From Botryllus schlosseri (taxonomy: Eukaryota): a stretch of DNA of 64,000 nucleotides. Within the stretch, counting starts at the first letter, position 1, and each line of letters starts with the position of its first letter. Below, piece after piece: positions 41,001 to 51,600 of this stretch. The translations under genes were made by a program, and so were the position numbers. The stretch covers positions 40,364,001 to 40,428,000 of the forward strand of contig CM119372.1 in the NCBI GenBank assembly GCA_051294905.1, in the 5' to 3' direction. The notes under the pieces were generated by a model. It was not told the DNA's origin. It saw only the letters and a list, made by a program, of their open reading frames with translations, and ran no database searches.

Positions 41001-43756
41001 AAATTTACGTCCGAACGAGTCTTCCGAGAGTCTGGTTGGGAAAATAACCTTTTTCATTAGTAAGCACAACAGTATTTACGGTAAATTTTTCAAATTACCC
41101 GTTAATCATCCGATAATGTAAATTATGTCATTTGTAAAAATTGACCTCCTTTCCGGATCTCAAAATATGGTAACGCTACAAAATTCTACAAAGTTTTGCA
41201 TCTAAAACGGGTGTGTAGAAGTGGAAGTAGTCGAAAAAGATTAATGTTTCAGTAAGAATTGTGCATTCTGACCACTTCTGCTAAGTAATACCAAGAATGA
41301 ATCCCGTAACCAGAAAATCAATATCTTCAGGTTGATTTCGGATTCGCCAAGAAAATAGGGTTCAGCAGAAAAACCTGGACATTTTGCGGAACCCCGGAAT
41401 ATGTCGCACCGGAGATCATACTCAACAAAGGTCATGACCTTTCTGCAGATTACTGGTCGCTGGGAATTCTCATGTTCGAACTACTGACCGGCAGGTGAGT
41501 TCACGGTGTGTGCGTTTGTGACGTCTCATTAGTGATCGTTTCGGTGCGTGAAATATATTTTGTTGGTTTCGCGTCTGGTTTTCGAGTCATCTGAAGCTGA
41601 CGTATTACGTCGTAGTCGACGACGGTTCTCAAGTAGGAGTGGAAGCTGTGCGGAACATTTCGACTCTATCACAAGCGGTTTCCAAACATTCCACGCCAAA
41701 TCAAGTAGTAGTCGAAAATGAAAGACTTGAAAAGTATTGAAGTAAGCAGTAGTTAGTAGAGAAGTTCCCAAACTGTTTATGATCGGGGACCTAAATTTCG
41801 ATTTGAAAATTTTGCGCCACCCCACCTCTCAATTTGGCGTGATGTTTGCTAAATAAATGGCCAGCATATTCGCAAAAACTTTCTCATGGCCCCATGTGTG
41901 AAGCTTGCGTTCTCAGTAATAGCAATTATGAACTCGTAAACCTCCGTCCTTAGATTAAATCAAAATATCAAACAAGACTATAACAACGTAAGTAGGTCTC
42001 TCCAATAGAAGTATAGTGATGTATTGCTACGTGATATAATGCGTCACGCGAAATACGGATAACGAACGATCTATAAATTATTCTGCCGCGCCCAGCGTGT
42101 GCATTACGGTTATATGTTAACACATTGCACTGACGGTCACTTGTAGTTTTCCTGTAGTGATTTTTATTGTGCTCCCGACATTTTATTCTTCATAGTGATG
42201 GCCAGTGGTGGCGTATAAAAATGACTCTTCGAGTGACCAGTGACCTGACACCGTGCTTACCGGTTTCGCCTCTCTCAGAGGTCCTGTTTCTTTTATTTTG
42301 AAAAATGAACTAGGATATAGGAAAATGAGCCGCCGATAGCATCCGCTTCATTAGTCTTCTCGTAATAGGCATTGCTACTTAAATTTAGTGTTCGCGCCCT
42401 CAGAGAATAGGCAGACGATCCTATTGGGGTTACTACCCCTAGTTTGAGAACCCTTGATTTAGTCTAATAGCCAAATATCTTTAGCTGCTAACCACGGTTG
42501 GTTACTTTCAAAAGCAAAATGACCGATGGCGCTTCGATTACGTTGGCTTCTGGAAATATATTATAGGTTTATTTCGTGCCTTTCTTGCGACAATTTCGCT
42601 CGTAAAAGTGCTTGCAGGTGCAACGTAAAACCACTTTATACTTTATCAAATCCATATAGAATCACAAGTAACATTTAATAATCGAGTAAATAATACAAGT
42701 AGGCAAAATCTAGTTGGATATTACTTCACTCACACTCTGTTAATGTTCCAGCCCGCCGTTCACTGGCCACGACCCCATGAAGACATACAATCACATTTTG
42801 AAGGGAATCGACATGGTCGAATTTCCAAAGAAGATTTCACGGAATGCGCAGGGCCTCATCAAAAAGTTGTGCAGGTCCGTTCTTCTGATTGTGCAAAGAG
42901 ACATGAAGACGAATATGCTTGCTTAACAGAGACAATCCGGCCGAGAGGTTGGGGAATCAAAGAAATGGAATCAAAGATATCCAAAAGCACAAATGGTTCG
43001 ACGGATTCAATTGGGAGGGGCTTCGGAAATGCAACGTCACGCCACCCATTGTTCCTAAGGTATTGAAAATGCAATAATTACTCGATTGCATGTGGTTTGA
43101 ACGTAAAGCATAATTACTGACCGTGCTTCACAATTGAATATGTGAAAAATGATATCCTTCACTGGAGATAACAGGATACAAGTCAAATTCAAATATCAAT
43201 GATAATTCCATGGCTTCCGATTTCAAATAATCAAATTGTCAAAAAGGAATGCCGATGTATCGTTGGTGAAAAGCGACTCTTATCTGCCCGTACATTCGAA
43301 CAAGGGGATATGCATGGAAACGTAAGGAATAATATTTGCTGGCATAATCCGTGCAGTAGGATATAGGTTATAGTACGAATTTTCATTACGGCCTGTTATT
43401 GACAGATTTTGGCTTCACTTTTTCGAAGTAGTCAAGTAGATTCTTTCGCATACGATTAACATGACCTGGGCCAAATCAACATTTCAAACGTTTACTCGAG
43501 TAGCTTTGAGATCTACGTTTTATACTTCCAATTAAATTTTTCTCATGCCGTGGCATGAGATGAAATGCACGGCGTCACTCTTACTTCTTATTGAGTAGCA
43601 ATGTTAACCACTGACTACCATCGATGGTTATTTAACCGTCTTGTGAAATGGTTTCAGCTCAAAGGCCCGACGGACACATCCTACTTCGACAAGTTTCCGC
43701 CAGAAGACGAGTCTCTGCCTGAAGTGGACGAGACCGGCTGGGACAAAGAATTCTAA
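7925..43756 (+). CDS. PRKG1: cGMP-dependent protein kinase I, alpha-type isoform: join(7925..8056,9883..10025, 16 common exons 17184..43756), about 674 aa
   Basis: Manual splicing gives an uninterrupted 2025-nt ORF: leucine zipper, RAQGISAEP pseudosubstrate, two cyclic-nucleotide-binding domains, AGC kinase domain and GWDKEF C-terminus. All introns are GT-AG with matching phases. Confidence 0.93.
8484..8959. mobile_element. MITE (same family as 1801-2232)
   Basis: TIRs plus perfect TSD GTTGGGAT. Confidence 0.85.
9883..10025 (+). CDS. PRKG1: PRKG1 alpha-type exon 2 (autoinhibitory segment)
   Basis: ccatgcAG acceptor; [53 protein letters not shown] donor, phase 2. Not in the ORF track. Confidence 0.92.
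10884..11440. repeat. dispersed repeat shared with about 24735-25190
   Basis: Shared CAAACTACCAATCTAGTT start and GCTCGGA.TCATCACTGCCAA core; boundaries approximate. Confidence 0.55.
14114..14411. mobile_element. palindromic MITE (family of 3808-4192)
   Basis: TTGGGCTGTTCA...TGAACAGCCCTA; TSD CCCGACAT/CCTGACAT. Confidence 0.8.
15778..17093 (+). CDS. PRKG1: PRKG1 beta-type first coding exon (zipper + about 340-aa insert + KRQAISSEP)
   Basis: 440-codon open frame (ORF 15775..17097) with PKG-I-beta motifs at both ends; donor AG|GTAAC. Confidence 0.88.
15778..43756 (+). CDS. PRKG1: cGMP-dependent protein kinase I, beta-type isoform with long N-terminal insert: join(15778..17093, 16 common exons 17184..43756), about 1021 aa
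   Basis: First exon MMSVRDLQ...[36 protein letters not shown]...[11 protein letters not shown] matches the PKG-I-beta N-terminus. The phase-2 donor at 17094 fits the acceptor at 17183. Confidence 0.88.
17184..17350 (+). CDS. PRKG1: PRKG1 common exon 1 (start of CNB-A)
   Basis: [59 protein letters not shown] bounded. Confidence 0.95.
18748..18861 (+). CDS. PRKG1: PRKG1 common exon 2 (CNB-A phosphate-binding cassette)
   Basis: [38 protein letters not shown]. Confidence 0.96.
19345..20732. mobile_element. non-autonomous hAT (Buster-type) element carrying a nested MITE
   Basis: TIR CAGTGGTTCTCAACC...GGTTGAGAACCACTG; perfect TSD CTTTAACA. Confidence 0.92.
19488..20038. mobile_element. hAT MITE with GACTC/GACTT subterminal arrays (nested)
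   Basis: CAGGGTTATAA...TACAACCCTT; TSD GAGCTCAC/GGGCTCAC; inverted copy at 25669-26206. Confidence 0.85.
21145..21590. mobile_element. MITE (TAGGGTTACCATA family)
   Basis: TAGGCTTACCATA...TATGGTAACCCTA; AAAAGAGGAC subterminal repeats; flanks TACTAAAT/AACTAAAT; copies at 45879-46321 and 58513-58947. Confidence 0.85.
21621..21726 (+). CDS. PRKG1: PRKG1 common exon 3
   Basis: [36 protein letters not shown]. Confidence 0.95.
22097..23083. mobile_element. degenerate MITE-like element (TAGGG..CCATA termini)
   Basis: TAGGGCTGCCATA...TATGGTAACTCTA; TSD CCGTTACG/CCGTTGGG; internal similarity to about 40850-41178. Confidence 0.6.
23423..23486 (+). CDS. PRKG1: PRKG1 common exon 4
   Basis: [21 protein letters not shown]. 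Confidence 0.93.
24000..24077 (+). CDS. PRKG1: PRKG1 common exon 5 (CNB-B)
   Basis: [26 protein letters not shown]. Confidence 0.95.
24141..24235 (+). CDS. PRKG1: PRKG1 common exon 6 (CNB-B)
   Basis: [31 protein letters not shown]. Confidence 0.95.
24288..24732. mobile_element. palindromic MITE (family of 3808-4192)
   Basis: TAGGGTTGTTCAAAAT...ATTTTGGACAACCCTA; TSD CTTTACAA/TTGTACAA. Confidence 0.8.
25263..25334 (+). CDS. PRKG1: PRKG1 common exon 7 (CNB-B)
   Basis: [25 protein letters not shown]. Confidence 0.94.
25669..26206. mobile_element. hAT MITE with GAGTC arrays
   Basis: CAGGGTTGTAA...TTATAACCCTG; perfect TSD ACCATCGG. Confidence 0.9.
26542..30040 (+). mobile_element. decayed DNA transposon with about 130-bp TIRs (TAGGGTGG termini, possibly hATm-like)
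   Basis: 26542-26672 is an inverted repeat of about 29910-30040; the interior is a stop-riddled coding-like remnant; no clean TSD. Superfamily assignment is tentative. Confidence 0.7.
27887..29220. mobile_element. non-autonomous hAT element (CAGTGTTGGGAT termini) nested in 26542-30040
   Basis: Perfect TIR CAGTGTTGGGAT/ATCCCAACACTG; perfect TSD ATTTTAGA; GACTT/GACTC arrays; sister copy at 49912-50864. Confidence 0.92.
30112..31292. mobile_element. non-autonomous hAT (Buster-type) element
   Basis: TIR CAGAGGTCTCAAAC/GTTTGAGACCTCTG; perfect TSD GCTTAAAG. Confidence 0.92.
32368..32436 (+). CDS. PRKG1: PRKG1 common exon 8
   Basis: [22 protein letters not shown]. Confidence 0.92.
32492..32588 (+). 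CDS. PRKG1: PRKG1 common exon 9 (kinase Gly-rich loop)
   Basis: [32 protein letters not shown]. Confidence 0.93.
32783..32808. repeat. (GTT)n microsatellite
   Basis: About 8 tandem GTT units. Confidence 0.9.
33590..33729 (+). CDS. PRKG1: PRKG1 common exon 10 (kinase subdomains II-IV)
   Basis: [47 protein letters not shown]. Confidence 0.95.
35502..38730. mobile_element. CAATGTTCCCTCTAA-family element (interrupted copy of 59711-61223)
   Basis: Collinear with 59711-61120 once 35933-37837 is removed. Confidence 0.85.
35933..37837. mobile_element. non-autonomous hAT element with further nested MITEs (36201-37206; 36529-36838)
   Basis: TIR CAGTGATCGGGAACCT/AGGTTCCCGACCACTG; perfect TSD TCCTATCT; the empty site is visible at about 60158-60165. 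Confidence 0.92.
39649..39738 (+). CDS. PRKG1: PRKG1 common exon 11
   Basis: [30 protein letters not shown]. Confidence 0.95.
39797..39938 (+). CDS. PRKG1: PRKG1 common exon 12 (catalytic loop)
   Basis: [47 protein letters not shown]. Confidence 0.96.
41331..41494 (+). CDS. PRKG1: PRKG1 common exon 13 (DFG / activation loop / APE)
   Basis: [54 protein letters not shown]. Confidence 0.97.
42752..42874 (+). CDS. PRKG1: PRKG1 common exon 14
   Basis: [42 protein letters not shown]. Confidence 0.96.
42930..43059 (+). CDS. PRKG1: PRKG1 common exon 15
   Basis: [43 protein letters not shown]. Confidence 0.96.
43658..43756 (+). CDS. PRKG1: PRKG1 common exon 16 (AGC C-terminal tail, stop TAA)
   Basis: [32 protein letters not shown]. 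Confidence 0.95.
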   Translation, partial: LKGPTDTSYFDKFPPEDESLPEVDETGWDKEF

Positions 43757-43967
43757 GGCACTCCAAACGCGCAGTCGGAACTGGAATCGGGAAATGCGGG
43801 TAGTTTCCAACGAACCAAACTTGCCCGCCTCCGAATTACGCCCTGTAAATACGCGAACGCAAAGATTTCTTTATGCCATGATATCGCGCTGAGCGAGAGT
43901 TGTCATTGGGAAAGAAAGATGAACACTACGCAACAATATTCTGGTGACGATGATCGTTTTCTCTCCA

Positions 43968-43973
43968 AATAAA
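43968..43973 (+). terminator. candidate polyadenylation signal of PRKG1
   Basis: First AATAAA about 210 nt downstream of the stop codon. Confidence 0.45.
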
Positions 43974-44816
43974 TGAGAACAGTTGGAGTTTCCTTATACG
44001 TTGCATACCAAAATCAGTTTCCGTGCAGCCGTGTCCAAAACGAATCGAGCCGGATCGTTACGATCGACTTCAGTTTCATTCACTATTGAGATCTGGCAGA
44101 TATCAACTTTGGATCATGTCTGGATAGAAATAGTGCGTAGAGATCAGATGTGGTCAGAGCTAACCAGTAGCAGAGTACTTGGTTTAACGAAGTACTCAAG
44201 TAGATTTTTCCCGATTGCATTACTTACTCGATTAGTTATGTTTTTGAAACTTCCAATTCTTCTTACTACTTATTTACTACACATTGGGTGTGACATTGTT
44301 TGGTGGTAGTTTCCGGAGAGTCATTCGGAAGGTATATATCAGGCCCTATTTGAGAAAAACAGATCATACATAACAGACCAGACTGCCAAATTTACTTAAT
44401 GCTGTAATGGGCATTCGATGTGCTATGATGAAACAGCGGTATGACAATGAAATCTGCTCAGCGCAGTAACGCTTTTAAGTTTTATACCATACCAAGCTGA
44501 ACAAAAACCCCGTCGTGGCTCGAATTTCTTGAAAACACGTGGACCGAGCGAAGTGCGAGTTGGTCGGGGTTTCTCAAATAGCTGTATAAATAGTTTTTGC
44601 CTTGTTTTCCGATTACCTGCGTATTGTAACGGTGTCGCTACTAGTTTCTTATCCTTCAGGGGCAATCAGTTCACAACACAGACAGATAACAGTCATATTG
44701 ACCACCGCAAACAGTACGCGTGCACCACACAGACAGAATATTTCAGACGGCTGTGGATATCTCCCGCAAGCGCATTGTCTCAAGGCGTGACGTCATCTGT
44801 CGCCATAGATGGGGCC

Positions 44817-44879
44817 ATAATCAGGTCTTTGGTCTGACCCAGCCGGGGATCGAACCCTCAACCTACCGACCGAGAAAGC
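44817..44879 (-). mobile_element. tRNA-derived SINE fragment
   Basis: Reverse complement GGTTCGATCCCCGGCTGGGTCAGACCAAAGACCTGATTA is identical to the core of the copy at 51427. Confidence 0.75.
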
Positions 44880-45229
44880 TTGAATGGTCGCCCAACCGAT
44901 GGAAAATTTCTTCACCAAGGGTTTATAGAAGAACCAGACTAAATCGCCGACACTATACGTGGCTGGTTTAACGGAAAGGTTAAAATTGAGCTCATGTTTC
45001 TCAGCAGATCTCAAAAACTGCTGTCTTGCAAGCGTAAAGGCGTCAGATGTTGTTGATTCGACCCGTTGGACATATTCATGGTAAATCTCGAATGACAGCT
45101 CGTTACATGGTTTTCGAAACATCAAGTCTATGGGAAAGGAAATTTCCCTCCCAGAAATGAGTCGGTTGGGCGTGTATCTGTGCTCTCATGAACCGTGAAT
45201 CTGTATGCCATCACCAGATATGGGATATA

Positions 45230-45567
45230 TGTATATATATCGACTTTTCCATTAGATAAAATAAAAAAAGGGCAAAAGAAAACAGGAAACGAAAGACTAT
45301 CGAGAAAATCAGCGTTGGGAACGTGTTAAGCGGCTCCAGCGTAGGCGGTCGTTGGCGTCTTCAAGCGACAGCCCGCGTTGCGCTGGATCAGTCTCCATTG
45401 TCGAGCACCATGTTTTCCGATTCCAGCTACCTCTGTGCCATGGCTCCGTGGGAATGTGGTTAATGATGGCGGCGGCTGGTTGCTCGTCTTGATGCCGCAC
45501 TAGATGGCCAATTAGGCGGAAGCGTCGTTTAGCTGCCAGCAAACGACATGGGGCCGTTCCTGTGAGC
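45230..45567 (-). mobile_element. 5'-truncated RTE-like LINE inserted in the Gypsy integrase
   Basis: C-terminal ORF RRFRLIGHLVR...RKTW...DRLRW*, short 3' UTR, (TA)n-like tail, 10-bp TSD ATGGGATATA (45220-45229 and 45568-45577). Confidence 0.85.
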
Positions 45568-45878
45568 ATGGGATATAGCCCACCCAATCGTTGCGATTTC
45601 CATTCTCCACAAACGTTTTTATCATTTTTTGCAAAGTTTCATTAAATTTCTCGACCAGACCGTCACTACGTGGATGGTAAGATGTTGTTCGCGTCTTGAA
45701 AATTTCAAACAATTTTATGAGACGACGAAACAGCTCAGATTCAAATGCAGATCCACGATCAGAATGAATGGTAACTGGAACACCATATCTCGTGAAAAAT
45801 TGATTGACCTACACGGTAGTTATACAGCACGGTTTAAATAACCTGGTCCAATCAGCCATTTTGTCGGTGCATATTAGA

Positions 45879-46321
45879 TAGGGTTACCATACGTCCTCTT
45901 TTAAGAGGATTTGTCCTCTTTTTTGACTTTTTTGAAAGTGTCCCGGAGGACGCCCTTTTGTCCTCTCTTTTGAGATTTTGTCCTCTTTTTTGAAAATTTA
46001 GGTCAGATTTAGAGGAAATTGCGAGTGATATGCCGTAAATTAGCACAGAAGGGACGCTCCAGCAGGTATTTCGGAGTTAAAAACGGTGAATTTAGCTCTG
46101 AGCGAAAACATGACCTTTTTTTTTCAGTCATCCACCTAGCAATGTGCAGAGAAAAACGGTATTTTGAGCTCTGAGCGGAAATATGACCTTTTTTGTTTAG
46201 TCATCCACCTAGAAATATGGAGAGAAAAACGGTATTTTGAGTTCTGAGCGAACCGGTTTTGCAAGTCTCAAATTTCTGAAATAGTGTCCTCTTTTTAGAT
46301 TTCCAAAATATGGTAAGCCTA
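45879..46321. mobile_element. MITE (TAGGGTTACCATA family) inside Gypsy
   Basis: TIRs; perfect TSD ATATTAGA; inverted relative to 21145-21590. Confidence 0.92.
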
Positions 46322-48138
46322 ATATTAGACCAGTAAAATCTTCATCGAATTTCTTGTAAGTTGTCTCTTTGCCAAGATGACTTTCCGTTCTCGATTCTTG
46401 GAGTAACCGGTATCCTCACGCAAGCTCAATCGCATCACGATTTGAAAGAGCTCAACACAGTCCGTTTTTTGTGACATAAATTCTCGGTGCAACACGCCAT
46501 TAAAAACTCGTAAGACACCCCATTGCATACATAGGGTGCGGATATCCCTTAGATATGGTAAAAGTTCAGTCTCTTTAGGGGCATCATCTCTCGTCTCCTT
46601 CAAGTCCAGCACGACGGATACGCATTCATCCTTCATCTGCAGCTCTGAAAGTTGACTTGGACGGTACGATTCCAGCCAAGAGCACTTTTCTTCATCAGTG
46701 CTGCTCACAAGACCTATAGTCGAATTGCAGTCATTTCAATTCGATCAGTTTTATTGGTGTCAATGTTTGGAACAAGCTGCCACCTAATCTCCGCAATTTA
46801 GACTCCTAAGCATTTAAAAAACAATGTTTTCATTCCCTTATCTCTAACTACGGCTAAATTGTATTTGCATTGTATTTCGAATTGGTCCATGATACTGTGT
46901 CTTATTTTTCTTTTCGTTCGTTAGTTATTAACTGTGAAAATTGCTCCTGTCCTGGGTGGCTCGGCTCTGAAGACTTTGTCATATCGAGCCTCCCGTCTAC
47001 CTTGCATGTCGCATTTCACTGTTACATTTTTGTAGTGTAATGTTGATGTGTAATGTACACGAATACAGATTCTCTCTCTCTCTCTCTCCAATCTGGGTAG
47101 GAAACAGGTCTGTTCAATGTCCGACTTGTCTCCGCATGTAGCACGGCATTCTCTTTCACATTTACGTCTGATACGGGAAAGTCGATCTGCGTTGCCCTGC
47201 TTTGCCCCTGCTCTATGTTCAATTTTGAAGTTGAACGTACTCAACATGTTGATTCATCTCGCCGTAATGCCCTATGGGTTCCGGAAGTTGTAGCCTGCAG
47301 CCACTGTAAAGAACTGCGATCTACTCTCAGTCGGAACGGCCCTCTCCACAAATAAGACCTGAAAGGATACACGGCCGACTGTACGGCATATAATTACCCG
47401 GGGGTGGCACAATATCGTCTCTGTTGCTTGTTTAGCGTCTTGCTGGCATACGCAATAACCCTTTCTTCATCTCCCTGTATTTGGGAGAGAGCTGCTCCTG
47501 CACTAAAGCCAGAGCAATCAGTCTCGAGAACAAACTCTCCTGTAGTCTCAAGCGGATAAGACAATACTGGTGTACTGGTCAATTTCTGTTTCAGACACCG
47601 GAATGCAGCCTGACAATCATCGGACCTTTCAAATGTAGCCTTCTTGCGAGTGAGTTTCACCAATGGCCCTGTAATGGTTGAAAACTGGTCAATATATCTT
47701 CGATAGTAGTTTACCGTGCCTGGGAACGCTTGAACATCCTTGAGATTTTTCGGCACTGGTCAATCCTTCACAGCAGAAACTTTGTCATAACTACACTTGA
47801 GGCCATATGGGCAAATCTCATGTCCGAGATACTGTACTTCATGGTAAAACAGTTTACGTTTTTTAGGCTTGAGCTTAAGACTAGCGTCATGAATTCGCTT
47901 AAAAAGTTCTTCCTTATTGCAGACTTTTTGGCCAAAGTTCTCGCCACACGACAATGTTATCCATGAGGGCAAGGCAATTCATAAGAGTCCATCCAGTAAC
48001 TTCTCCATCGTTGCCATTAACGTGGCAGGAGCATTGCATAAGCCTTAGCGAAGGATCGTCGATCGGAAGTGTGAATGCCCTCTGGTACACTGACTGATTC
48101 CAGATCAAGAGTACGATGCCATTTTGCTTCATCTAGGG

Positions 48139-48584
48139 CAGTGGTTCCTAACCTTTTTCCACCACGTACCACGTACCATTCCGAGTTCCACGTACCATTT
48201 CGAGTTTTTTTGCAGCGCTCGCGTACCACCTACATAAGTTATGAGCGGTATGGGCATCCAAATTATTTTCCACCGTTTTGACTTGCCGAAAGCAGTGAAA
48301 CAGAAAATAAACTGCCCATTTTTAGGCACAGCATGTGATTTCTGTAATGGATCAATTTGGAATTCTTGTGGTCAAATATAATAAAACGAGACCTCTTCCC
48401 CGTAGGCCGTCATTGATGGGATTAATCCTACCCCCAACAAAGACCTTACCACGACGACGACGGCTTCAACAAACTAAAAATCACATCCATCTGAACTAAT
48501 AACTCCCTTCGGTCGAAAAAAAACAATATACTAGCGTACCACCTGTAAGACCTTCGCGTACCACTAATGATACGCGTACCACTG
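48139..48584. mobile_element. hAT MITE (CGTACCAC subterminal repeats) inside Gypsy RT
   Basis: CAGTGGTTCC...ACCACTG; TSD ATCTAGGG/ATCTAAGA; the RT reading continues on both sides. Confidence 0.8.
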
Positions 48585-49911
48585 ATCTAAGATATGATCA
48601 ATGTGGAGCAGAGGATGGGCATCCTTTACCGAATTCAATTTCCGGGAGCTGGTGCAGAAGCGGTACGTGTTATCCGGAAAACAATTCACGTGTTGTACGG
48701 GCTTTCGGCCTAACTCAATTTTTCCATCTTTTCGATCTGCTCACCCACAATCTTCCTTGCCTTCCATCTCAAACGTCGTGGAGGCACTTCAACTGGTACT
48801 GTTGAAGATAGCTAAATTTTAAGGTATAAGGTATATCTCAGTTTCCCATCATCCCCCTGAATATGTCATGATACTTAATGAGAAGATCTCTTAACTGTTG
48901 TCACCGTTGTTCCTTCAAGCGGTCTGGTTCTTCTACGACAAGGGTCGCCAACTCAAAACGCGTCGCGGACCAGTTTTTAAAATTCGTAGAGGCCACGGGC
49001 CGCATGACTTCTGTATCGAGATAAAAAGAGGAAACGCAGTTTAACAGCCACGTTTTGATACTCTGTCACTACAATGCTGAGCGCTCTAACATTGATGACG
49101 GAAATAGACCAAAAAGACATAATGTTTCACTGAAGAAATACAACAAAAATATCATGTTCATCACTTTCATTCTATTTTGATCTATGAGATCCGTGCGATA
49201 CCTGACAACACTCTTCAGCCCCTAAAGCAGGGGTGGCAAACCTTTTTGCTATTCACGACCTAATTTCAGATAGACTATTGATGTAGCCTACGGCCGGATT
49301 CCAGTGCGTAGTCGTAATGAACTAACTGGAGATCAAATACCCACGTTCACCTACTGTCCATGCGCAATTGTTCAGTGCCAGTGAGCGCTGGACTCGGCCT
49401 ACTTATATTGGCTTACTATGCGCACGGAAATCGTGAGTATTCAGATCAGATCAGATCGGATCAGATTCCCCAGTGCAAGTGGTGTCTTTGACCATTTAGG
49501 GAATTAATTAATTCCCTGCCGCATTCATGGGTGGACCAATCGGTATTGGTCCCTTTTGTTGCATGCTGTTATTTCTTGACCTCCCATCAGGATCGTCGAT
49601 ATATAGGAACGATATTGGATTCGACCTAACGTTGGCCTAACAGAAACAAATTTCCTTCGTGATGAGGAGAACACAATAAAACATTGGTATTTCTTTAGGG
49701 GACGCATCATTTTCCTCTGCTGTTCGCATCTGTACTGTGAGGCCCCGATACAAAGGAAACTACTATATTAATATCGAAAGTCAACTCGCATTCAACCGCA
49801 CTTTGCGCGGAGAATCTTCAAGACTAATTCACACCTCTCAATAATGGGTCGACTGCCGCATAATTTTACTTCTACTGCCACAGGTTGGCCACCCCCAGAC
49901 ACGGTATATGC

Positions 49912-50864
49912 CAGTGTTGGGATGACTCGAGTCATGACTTGACTCGAGTCAGACTCGAATCACCTTTTCCGTATGACTTGACTTGACTCGGGTCACTTTG
50001 CTAAAATGACTTGAGTTTACTTGACTCGGCGTATCAGAAATGTGGATTGACTCGTGACTCGGAGCAAAATTCACGAGTCAATTTCGAGTCATCAAGCAAT
50101 CGATGTCGATAAAAATCATTGTGTCATATGCATATGTTCGGACTGTACGCGAAACGCTGGTGTAACCCGTGAGAGCGACCAATCATTCAATGATAGTGCG
50201 TTTTACTGAGCCTCCATTGCACTCACACAAATGGATTGATCGCAAACGAAGTGATCGAAGCTTACAGGTTACGCTGTCGTAAACTTGTATGTCTATTTCT
50301 GTTATCTGTTCTTAACTTGACCAAATATTTTATTTTATTGAAATTGATATCCGATATAGTTTACATAGTCATCAACCATTGGCGCAGGATCGAATTGTAT
50401 GATATAAATTTGTAACTGGTTAATGTATTACATCTTATCAATTCGTTTCTCTATTCCCTATTTTGGCTGGCAACTATAATACGAGGCTATGCTATTTCTT
50501 ACGTAGTTTAGCATTTCTACGTATAAGTGAGCAATAAAGCGCCTTCTTGCGTTTATATTTAACTCTATATTCGTTCATGAGTCCAGTATCAATGACCACT
50601 TAATATGTAATTCTGTCAGCTAGCAAAATGCAATGACGTAACCACACCACATACTTCGAAAAGGCAACTTGACTTGAATTGTGACTTGACTCGTGACTTG
50701 ACTTGACTTGACTCTACTTGACTCGAGTCACCTCCAAAAATCGAGTGACTTGAATTGACTCGAGTAGCCTTCGAAAATCGATTTACTTGACTTGACTCGA
50801 GTCAAAATGTGCAATGACTCGAAATGACTCGTGACTCGAAGGTAGTGACTTGATCCCAATACTG
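49912..50864. mobile_element. non-autonomous hAT element (family of 27887-29220)
   Basis: CAGTGTTGGGAT...ATCCCAATACTG; perfect TSD GTATATGC. Confidence 0.92.
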
Positions 50865-51426
50865 GTATATGCTGGAAGGCATATCACATCGTAATGATTG
50901 GTCTTCTGGAAAATTCAAAGTCGTTTCTATGCGTTTCGGATTTTACAGTGGTTGGCTATAGTATACGTCAAGGCAATATGCCCGATTGCCCGTTATCAGC
51001 AAATTCCTCATCCATGGAATGATATTACCATCGCCAAAACCGTATCAGCTAGTGACGAATAGTGATGTTTGGCACATGAGAACGGCTTACTTTGAACAAC
51101 AACAACAACATTATGTTTAAACTGAAATTAAATTTAGCATCTCAAAATGCTTAGCGTTCTTCCGAAAGTTCAAATCAGGTGGTCGCACGCCGCAAAATAT
51201 GACCTTGCGAGCCCTGTTTTACGAAATGTCGCAGATGATCCCGCAGACCCAAGAACGGTGCGACGTCACGGTGTCGGGTGCCGCCACAGACCCACAAGTA
51301 GCAACGGGAACGAAAAAGCCTACCCGTTCCGCGGCAGGGATTACGATATCATTTTGCGATAGGTTTATCAACAACACAGGCACCTCTTTAGATGAAGGAT
51401 CGACCAAGCCGGGCAATACACAACAA

Positions 51427-51600
51427 GATAGCTTAATGGTGAAGCGGCCGGCTTCTTGATCGGTAGGCCGTGGGTTCGATCCCCGGCTGGGTCAGACCAA
51501 AGACCTGATTAATAACACTGGTATCCATGACTTTCCTGCTTGGCGCTCATACATTATTGGGATAGCATGGAGGGGCGGTGCATGACTTAGAATGTGTGTG
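51427..51600 (+). mobile_element. tRNA-derived SINE (Pol III A and B boxes)
   Basis: A box TAGCTTAATGG, B box GGTTCGATCCC, followed by a non-tRNA body GGGTCAGACCAAAGAC...CCTGCTTGGCGCTCA. Confidence 0.75.

Noticed and set aside
51427..51495. tRNA gene
   Set aside because: A and B boxes are present, but there is no convincing acceptor stem or terminator, and the sequence runs into a body repeated elsewhere; it is better explained as a SINE head.
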